From: a virus
Taxonomy: Duplodnaviria > Caudoviricetes
Length of the DNA stretch: 64,000 nt
Virus record (IMG/VR): IMGVR_UViG_3300032285_003957
Span: 96,001 to 160,000 of that record
Direction: 5' to 3' (one strand)
Below, one piece after another: positions 57,565-64,000 of the stretch. The notes beneath the pieces were generated by a model, which saw nothing but the letters and a program-made list of their open reading frames with translations, was not told where the DNA came from and searched no databases. Within the stretch, counting starts at the first letter, position 1; every line of letters starts with the position of its first letter. The position numbers and the translations under genes were made by a program.

Positions 57565-58596
57565 ATGTCGGTTTTATTAGTAGATGGAGACAATTTACTC
57601 ACAATTGGTTTTTACGGCTACAAAAATGCCTTTTATAAGGGACAACATATTGGAGGAATTTTTCATTTTCTTAATACTCTTAGGAGAGAATTTGAAAAAC
57701 ACCATTTAGATAAAATCGTTGTCTTTTGGGATGGTAAAGACGGGGCATTAAGCCGTAAAAAAATCTACCCCTACTATAAAGAAAATAGAAAGGAAAGAAT
57801 AAGAACCGAGGAAGAATTAAATTCGTATCAATACCAAAGACATAGAATCAAAGAATATCTTGAAGAACTTTACGTTAGACAAGGTGAATTTGAACAATGT
57901 GAAACCGACGATTGCATTGCTTATTATACACAAAATTCAAACAAAGAAAACAAAATAGTTTATTCATCCGATGGGGATTTAACACAATTGGTTTCACCAA
58001 CAACACAAATTTACAACCCATCACATCAAAAACTTTACAAACAGAACGATACGATTGTTTATGACCACGAAGAGATTTTAATTGAAAATGTTAAAATTGT
58101 TAAAATGTTATGTGGGGACAATTCAGACAATATTGCAGGCATAAGAGGAATGGGAGTTAGAAGGTTTTTATCTTTAATCCCTGAACTAAAGACAGAGCAC
58201 TTATCTGTCCAACAAGTAAAAGACAAATGTAACGCGATTTTTGAAGCTGACAAGTATAATAAGTCAGTTGCAAATTTACTTACAGGAGTAACAAAGCACG
58301 GCGTATTAGGTGAAGAATTTTTCGATATAAACAATCGTATTGTAAGTTTGGAGGAGCCACTTTTAACTGATGAAGCAAAAGAAGTTATCACGCTATTAAT
58401 TAATGAAATATTAGAGCAAGAAGGTAGGTCCTATAAAAATGCCATGAAAATGATGAAGGACGACGGCTTGTTTAATCTCCTACCTAAATCAGAAGACGGA
58501 TGGATTAATTTTTTAGACCCATTCCTTAGGTTAACAAGAAAAGAAAAAAATAATAATAATAAAAAAAAAATGATTAAAATTAAAAATTATGAGTAA
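57565..58596 (+). CDS. 5'-3' exonuclease / flap endonuclease (T4 RNase H, PolI N-terminal-like)
   Basis: LLVDGDNL, VFWDG, YKENR, ETDDCIA, SSDGDLTQL, GDNSDNIAGIRGMG. Confidence 0.92.
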   Translation: MSVLLVDGDNLLTIGFYGYKNAFYKGQHIGGIFHFLNTLRREFEKHHLDKIVVFWDGKDGALSRKKIYPYYKENRKERIRTEEELNSYQYQRHRIKEYLEELYVRQGEFEQCETDDCIAYYTQNSNKENKIVYSSDGDLTQLVSPTTQIYNPSHQKLYKQNDTIVYDHEEILIENVKIVKMLCGDNSDNIAGIRGMGVRRFLSLIPELKTEHLSVQQVKDKCNAIFEADKYNKSVANLLTGVTKHGVLGEEFFDINNRIVSLEEPLLTDEAKEVITLLINEILEQEGRSYKNAMKMMKDDGLFNLLPKSEDGWINFLDPFLRLTRKEKNNNNKKKMIKIKNYE

Positions 58597-59038
58597 TCAA
58601 CAGTTAGACATCACAAAATTTGAGTTCTTGTTATCATTAGACGGTAACATTATTTGTCAACGATTTTTCAATGTCAAAGACCACAATCCTGCTGCTCGCA
58701 GAAGTATGGATTTACATTATTATGTAAAAAATATTTGTGAGGATATTAGTGAGGATTTAAAAATAAAAAGTTCCAATTATCTATGCGAAAATCAAAATTA
58801 TATCCTAAATTTTGAAAATGTGGAAGATTCAAAAATCAATGAAAAAGAAGAATTTTTATTGGAAATTAAGATAGGAGAGGACGTATTTATTCAAAGGATG
58901 TTCCCCGCTTATTACTACCACCCAAAGGTTAGATATGCCGTGGACATCAGACCGAGACTTAAGACTATATTGACAGACTTGACTGACATTTTGTCTTCAG
59001 AAGAATTGGAAACAACTTATTTACAATACGAATTATAA
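58589..59038 (+). CDS. Hypothetical protein
   Basis: 149 aa, coupled within the replication operon. Confidence 0.6.
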   Translation: MSNQQLDITKFEFLLSLDGNIICQRFFNVKDHNPAARRSMDLHYYVKNICEDISEDLKIKSSNYLCENQNYILNFENVEDSKINEKEEFLLEIKIGEDVFIQRMFPAYYYHPKVRYAVDIRPRLKTILTDLTDILSSEELETTYLQYEL

Positions 59039-59049
59039 TAAAAACAAAC

Positions 59050-60429
59050 ATGATAACAGAAGAAAAAAATTTCGGGAGATTAGGATTTTCATTCCAACAA
59101 TCGCTAATAAAAGCAATAATTGAAGATAGAAAATATGGTGAAACAATTATTGACGTGATTGAAAGCAAATTTTTTGATAACGCCTCTTTCAAATATATAA
59201 TGGAGAATTTGAAGGAATTGTATAAGTCTTACAAAAAGATACCAGACTATCCTTCAATTTCACAAAAGATAATGGCTGAAAATGGCGATACAACATCAAC
59301 CAGAGCACATTTAGATACTTTAGAACAAATACAAAACAACGAGCAACAATCCGATTTAGTTAAGGATACTGCACTTAATTTTTGTAAACAACAAAACTTA
59401 AGAAGAGAGTTAAAAAATGTTCAAAACATCATCGAACAAGGTGAGTTTGAATCGTATAACAAAATCGAAGAAATCATCCAAAAAGCGCTTCAGGTTGGCA
59501 TATCTGGTGAAGATGCTACGGATGTATTCCACGACATTGAATCGGCTTTAGAAAAGGATAACAGACATCCAATACCAACAGGTATAACAGGTATTGATAA
59601 CCTTTTAAATGGTGGTTTAGGTAGAGGTGAATTAGGAGTGGTATTAGCACCAACTGGAACTGGTAAAACAACAATACTTACCAAAATTGCTAATACAGCA
59701 TACAATAATGATTATAATGTTCTTCAAATATTTTTTGAGGATAATCCGGGTAACATTAAAAGAAAGCATTACACTATTTGGTCTAATATTGCACCTGACC
59801 AACAACCTGAAAATAAGGAAGAGGTAATGAGAATTGTTGAAGAGCATCAGTCTCGTTCAAAGGGTAACTTAAAGCTTTTAAAATTGCCAAGTGATAATGT
59901 TACAATATCTGAAATTAAAAACAAAATCAGAAAATTAAACTCTGACGGTTTTAAATTAGATTTGTTAATCATTGACTATGTTGACTGTATTAGTCCTGAA
60001 AGAACGGCATTAGGTGAAGAATGGAAAGGCGAAGGTTCAATTATGAGAAGTTTAGAATCAATGACAGGCGAGTTTGATATTGCAGTTTGGACAGCAACAC
60101 AAGGTAATCGTGAATCAATTTCAAGCGAAGTTGTAACAGGAGACCAAATGGGTGGTTCAATCAAGAAAGCACAAATTGCCCACGTTATTATGTCGATTGG
60201 TAAAACATTAGAACAAAAAGAACATAACTTAGCAACATTATCATTAATCAAATCTCGTATTGGACGTGACGGTGTGGTATTCTCAAATTGTAAATTTAAC
60301 AATGAGATGCTAATTATTGATACCGAATCACAAAGCACATTATTAGGACACGAACAACAAGTGGCTCAGAATAATGTAAACAGAGCTGCTGATTTATATA
60401 AGAAGAGACAAGAATTACTAAAAAAATAA
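59050..60429 (+). CDS. Replicative DnaB-like helicase (gp41-like)
   Basis: APTGTGKT, IIDYVD, WTATQGNR, KSRIG. Confidence 0.92.
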   Translation: MITEEKNFGRLGFSFQQSLIKAIIEDRKYGETIIDVIESKFFDNASFKYIMENLKELYKSYKKIPDYPSISQKIMAENGDTTSTRAHLDTLEQIQNNEQQSDLVKDTALNFCKQQNLRRELKNVQNIIEQGEFESYNKIEEIIQKALQVGISGEDATDVFHDIESALEKDNRHPIPTGITGIDNLLNGGLGRGELGVVLAPTGTGKTTILTKIANTAYNNDYNVLQIFFEDNPGNIKRKHYTIWSNIAPDQQPENKEEVMRIVEEHQSRSKGNLKLLKLPSDNVTISEIKNKIRKLNSDGFKLDLLIIDYVDCISPERTALGEEWKGEGSIMRSLESMTGEFDIAVWTATQGNRESISSEVVTGDQMGGSIKKAQIAHVIMSIGKTLEQKEHNLATLSLIKSRIGRDGVVFSNCKFNNEMLIIDTESQSTLLGHEQQVAQNNVNRAADLYKKRQELLKK

Positions 60430-60443
60430 ATTAAATAGATAAC

Positions 60444-61457
60444 ATGAGTAAATTATTTACGGAGAGAATACCGTTTAAACCATTTGAATATCCTGATTAT
60501 TATAATGAAGGGTGGTTAAAGCAAATGCAAGCGTTTTGGTTACATACCGAAATACCTATGCAAGGGGATGTTAAAGATTGGAATGAAAATTTAAATGAAT
60601 CGGAAAAACACTTAGTAGGTAATATACTTTTAGGTTTTGCACAAACTGAATGTGCTGTATCGGACTATTGGACTGGTATGGTTACTAAATGGTTTCCAAA
60701 GCATGAGATTAGACAAATGGCAATGGCGTTTGGTTCACAAGAAACAATTCACTCAATTGCGTATTCATATTTAAATGAAACATTGGGATTAGATGACTTT
60801 GAAGGATTCTTACATGATGAAGCAATGAAAGAAAGATTTGAATTATTAACTAATACATCCGCAGATTGGACCCCAAAAGATTTAGATACTAATCCAAAAG
60901 CGAGAGTTGAAGTTGCTCGTTCACTTGCTATCTTTTCGGCATTTGCGGAAGGCGTTGCATTATATTCTTCGTTCGCTGTATTATATTCTTTTCAAATGAG
61001 AAATCTATTGAAAGGGATTGGACAACAAATGAAATGGAGCGTTAGAGATGAATCTTTACACTCAAAGATGGGTTGTCAATTATTCAGACATATGTGTGAA
61101 GAATTTCCTGAATTATTAGAAGAAGCTAAAGCTGACATATACAAAGCAGCTGAACTTATCAGAGATTTAGAACATAAGTTTATTGACAAGATTTTTGAAA
61201 TGGGTGATTTAGATAATCTTAAAAAGAATGACTTAAAAGAATTCATAACAAAAAGAGTTAATGAAAAGTTAGCAGAGTTAGGATACAATCCAATTAAGGG
61301 TGGTAGCGACTACTTTGAATTTAACGAAAAGAAAGCATCTGAATTAGATTGGTTCTATCATCTTACAGGTGGAGTTACACATACCGATTTCTTTGCTATG
61401 AGACCTACTGATTACAGTAAGGCAGGTGAAGGTGAAAATTGGGATGACATTTTTTAA
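60444..61457 (+). CDS. nrdB: Ribonucleotide reductase class Ia beta subunit
   Basis: FAQTE, ETIHSIAY (radical Tyr), FAEG, VRDESLH, TDFF. Confidence 0.95.
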   Translation: MSKLFTERIPFKPFEYPDYYNEGWLKQMQAFWLHTEIPMQGDVKDWNENLNESEKHLVGNILLGFAQTECAVSDYWTGMVTKWFPKHEIRQMAMAFGSQETIHSIAYSYLNETLGLDDFEGFLHDEAMKERFELLTNTSADWTPKDLDTNPKARVEVARSLAIFSAFAEGVALYSSFAVLYSFQMRNLLKGIGQQMKWSVRDESLHSKMGCQLFRHMCEEFPELLEEAKADIYKAAELIRDLEHKFIDKIFEMGDLDNLKKNDLKEFITKRVNEKLAELGYNPIKGGSDYFEFNEKKASELDWFYHLTGGVTHTDFFAMRPTDYSKAGEGENWDDIF

Positions 61458-61476
61458 ATAAAAAAAATTATATATT

Positions 61477-63255
61477 ATGAAATATTACGGCGAAGAATTT
61501 GGCTGGGAGATTGGTGTCGACTACCCTGAATGGGCTAACACCGAGATTTACGTTAAAACAATATCAAAAGGTTATTTACAAGAAGGTGAAAAACCAAAAG
61601 ATGCATATTGGAGAGTATCAACTGCGGTTGCAAAAAGATTAGGTAAACCTGCTTTAGCAACTAAGTTTTTCGATTACATTTGGAAAGGATGGTTATGTTT
61701 AGCCACACCAGTTTTATCAAATACAGGAACGGATAGAGGTTTACCAATCAGTTGTTTTGGTATTGATGTTGGTGATAGTATTTTTGAAATTGGTAACAAA
61801 AACTTAGAGTTAATGTTATTGGCAAAGCATGGTGGCGGTGTTGGTATCGGTATCAACATGATTAGACCTGCAGGTGCAAAAATTACAGGTAACGGAACAT
61901 CAGATGGCGTTGTTCCATTTGTTAAAATTTATGATTCAACAATTCTTGCAACAAATCAAGGTTCAGTTCGTAGAGGTGCGGCATCTGTTAATATTAAAAT
62001 AGACCACAAAGACTTTGATGAATTTTTAGAAATCAGAGAACCAAAAGGTGATGTAAATCGCCAATCACTTAACTTACATCAATGTGTTGTGGTTAGTGAT
62101 AAGTTCATGAAAAAATTAGAAGAAGGCGATAATGAAGCTCGTAGAAAATGGGGTAAGTTATTACAAAAAAGAAAAGCGACTGGCGAACCTTATATCATGT
62201 ATAAAGGAAACGTTAACAAACAAAATCCTGACATGTATAAGAAGAACGGATTGAAAGTTCACATGACAAATATTTGTTCTGAAATTGTTTTGCACACTGA
62301 CGAACAACATTCATTTGTTTGTTGTTTAAGTTCTTTAAATTTAGCAAAATATGATGAATGGAAAGATACTGATTTAGTTTACACCTCAACAATGTTCTTA
62401 GATGGAGTTTTAGAAGAATTTATTCAAAGAGCTAAGAATATGCGTGGTTTTGAAAATGCTGTTCGTTCTGCCGAAAGAGGAAGAGCATTAGGTTTAGGTG
62501 TATTAGGATGGCACACTTACTTACAACAAAAAGGGATTCCATTTGAAGGCTTACCTGCTCAATTTGAAACTCGTAAAATCTTCTCTCAAATTAAGATTGA
62601 ATCTGAAAGAGCAAGTAGAGATATGGCTAAAGAATTTGGTGAACCATTATGGTGTAAAGATTTCGGTATGAGAAATACACACTTAAGAGCTGTAGCACCT
62701 ACTGTATCAAATTCTAAGTTGAGTGGTAACGTAAGTAGTGGTATTGAGCCATGGGCGGCTAATGTATTCACAGAGCAAACAGCAAAAGGAACTTTCATTA
62801 GAAAAAATCCTGAATTAAGAAAAGTCTTGAAAAAAATAGGTTATGACACAAAAGAAGTTTGGGACCAAATTTTAGCTGATGGTGGTTCTGTATTAGGATT
62901 AGATTTCTTAGATGATTATTGCTACATTGATACTAAGATTGTTGAAGTAAAAGATGTGGACGATAGTAATAAATTTAAAATTGTCCCCGTTAAAGATGTT
63001 TTTAAAACATTTAAAGAAATAAATCAATTGGATTTAGTAAGACAAGCAGGTATTAGACAACAATATATAGACCAAGCGGTATCATTAAATTTAGCGTTCC
63101 CTGCTACAGCAGAACCAAAATGGATTAACCAAGTTCATTTGGAAGCGTGGAAGCAAGGTGTTAAAACACTTTATTATATGAGAACCGAATCGGTTTTAAG
63201 AGGCGATATAGCTGCACAAGCAATGAATCCTGATTGTGTTAGTTGTGAAGCATAA
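61477..63255 (+). CDS. nrdA: Ribonucleotide reductase class I alpha subunit (no ATP cone)
   Basis: ISCF, TNICSEI, APTVSNS, TLYY, C-terminal CVSC. Confidence 0.95.
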   Translation: MKYYGEEFGWEIGVDYPEWANTEIYVKTISKGYLQEGEKPKDAYWRVSTAVAKRLGKPALATKFFDYIWKGWLCLATPVLSNTGTDRGLPISCFGIDVGDSIFEIGNKNLELMLLAKHGGGVGIGINMIRPAGAKITGNGTSDGVVPFVKIYDSTILATNQGSVRRGAASVNIKIDHKDFDEFLEIREPKGDVNRQSLNLHQCVVVSDKFMKKLEEGDNEARRKWGKLLQKRKATGEPYIMYKGNVNKQNPDMYKKNGLKVHMTNICSEIVLHTDEQHSFVCCLSSLNLAKYDEWKDTDLVYTSTMFLDGVLEEFIQRAKNMRGFENAVRSAERGRALGLGVLGWHTYLQQKGIPFEGLPAQFETRKIFSQIKIESERASRDMAKEFGEPLWCKDFGMRNTHLRAVAPTVSNSKLSGNVSSGIEPWAANVFTEQTAKGTFIRKNPELRKVLKKIGYDTKEVWDQILADGGSVLGLDFLDDYCYIDTKIVEVKDVDDSNKFKIVPVKDVFKTFKEINQLDLVRQAGIRQQYIDQAVSLNLAFPATAEPKWINQVHLEAWKQGVKTLYYMRTESVLRGDIAAQAMNPDCVSCEA

Positions 63256-63279
63256 ACAAGTATATTTATTTAAAAAAGT

Positions 63280-63543
63280 ATGTTAGAAGTAAAGAAATTT
63301 TCAGCAGCATGGTGTGGTCCTTGTAAAGCTTTGGCCCCCATTATAAACGAAGTTAAAACACAATTTAACAACGTAATGTTCACTGAACATGATGTAGATA
63401 ACGATTATGAGGCGGCGACAAAATACAGTATACGCTCAGTCCCAACAGTAATAATTCTGAAAGACGGGGTGGAGATTGAAAGAGTCACGGGGTTATCAAG
63501 TAAATCTAACTACATGAAGCTAATTAATGAAGCGGTAAAATAA
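63280..63543 (+). CDS. trxA: Thioredoxin
   Basis: WCGPC, IRSVPT. Confidence 0.93.
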   Translation: MLEVKKFSAAWCGPCKALAPIINEVKTQFNNVMFTEHDVDNDYEAATKYSIRSVPTVIILKDGVEIERVTGLSSKSNYMKLINEAVK

Positions 63544-63547
63544 GAGT

Positions 63548-63581
63548 AAAGTCAGGACCAAAAATCCTGACTTCTTTTTTT
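63548..63581 (+). terminator. Rho-independent terminator
   Basis: AAGTCAGGA/TCCTGACTT stem plus T tract. Confidence 0.8.
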
Positions 63582-63622
63582 CAGTATACACAACCATTTT
63601 ACCTTTGTTTATATTTATTAAC

Positions 63623-64000
63623 ATGGCAGTAAAGTATGGTTTAGATTTCCCCTTTAGAACGAGTTTAGAGGGACTTTATTTGAAGATGACCACATCTAAC
63701 GAAAGAGAGGTGCGTGCAAATCTCATTCATTTATTATTAACCAGAAAGGGTAGTAGATACTTTTTACCTGATTTTGGAACAAGATTATATCAATACATTT
63801 TTGACCAAAATGATGCAGTAACATGGGGTTTAATTGAAGAAGAAATAAGAAATTCTGTTAGAACATATATTCCTAATTTAGATATTCAAGATATAACAAT
63901 TGTAGCTGCAGACCAAGACCCTGAACAAAGCACAACCTTTGCGCAACAAGAAGACGAAAGATTATTTAGAGTGAGTGACCATACAAATGATTCATATACC
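63623..64000 (+). CDS. Baseplate wedge protein gp25/GPW-like (partial, runs off the window)
   Basis: MAVKYGLDFPF...NLIHLLLTRKGSRYFLPDFGTRLYQYIFD. Confidence 0.85.
   Translation, partial: MAVKYGLDFPFRTSLEGLYLKMTTSNEREVRANLIHLLLTRKGSRYFLPDFGTRLYQYIFDQNDAVTWGLIEEEIRNSVRTYIPNLDIQDITIVAADQDPEQSTTFAQQEDERLFRVSDHTNDSYT

Noticed and set aside
27753-63255. Inteins or introns in polB, dnaB, recA, nrdA or nrdB
   Set aside because: ORFs are continuous and of normal length; no C/S...HN splice motifs or homing endonuclease seen.
1-64000. Stop-codon reassignment as in some jumbo phages
   Set aside because: Core genes are full length in code 11 with high coding density.
1-64000. tRNA or rRNA genes
   Set aside because: Intergenic gaps are short and AT-rich; no cloverleaf or T-loop GTTCRA context recognised.

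Overview
AT-rich, densely coding segment of a large T4-like (myovirus, probably jumbo) dsDNA phage genome, readable in the standard genetic code. The host is probably Bacteroidota: there are TTTG-N20-TAnnTTTG promoters and a DUF4494-like gene. The window runs through five blocks. (1) Head scaffold and major capsid protein. (2) A minus-strand block (3.6-21.3 kb) with putative head-cargo proteins, a gp5-like spike, a gp55-like sigma factor, three glycosyltransferases, PhoH, dUTPase, a WYL-domain protein and a tandem-repeat protein. (3) Fibre/decoration genes, PolB, neck genes and an SNF2 helicase. (4) Tail sheath, tube, assembly chaperone, tape measure and baseplate genes. (5) A replication and nucleotide-metabolism block (SSB, RecA/UvsX, 5'-3' exonuclease, DnaB, NrdB, NrdA, thioredoxin), then a partial gp25. 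No tRNA, rRNA, CRISPR array, intein or IS element was recognised. Best leads: a shared short helical tag plus protease-site-delimited modules suggesting a virion cargo-loading system (cargo includes a flavodoxin-like and a WYL-only protein); an unannotated frameshift at TTT-TTT-CGT in the tail chaperone; a parS-like site beside an origin-like palindrome/AT-rich element; and a TATTTAT late-promoter motif. All product calls come from motif recognition by eye; no database searches were run.
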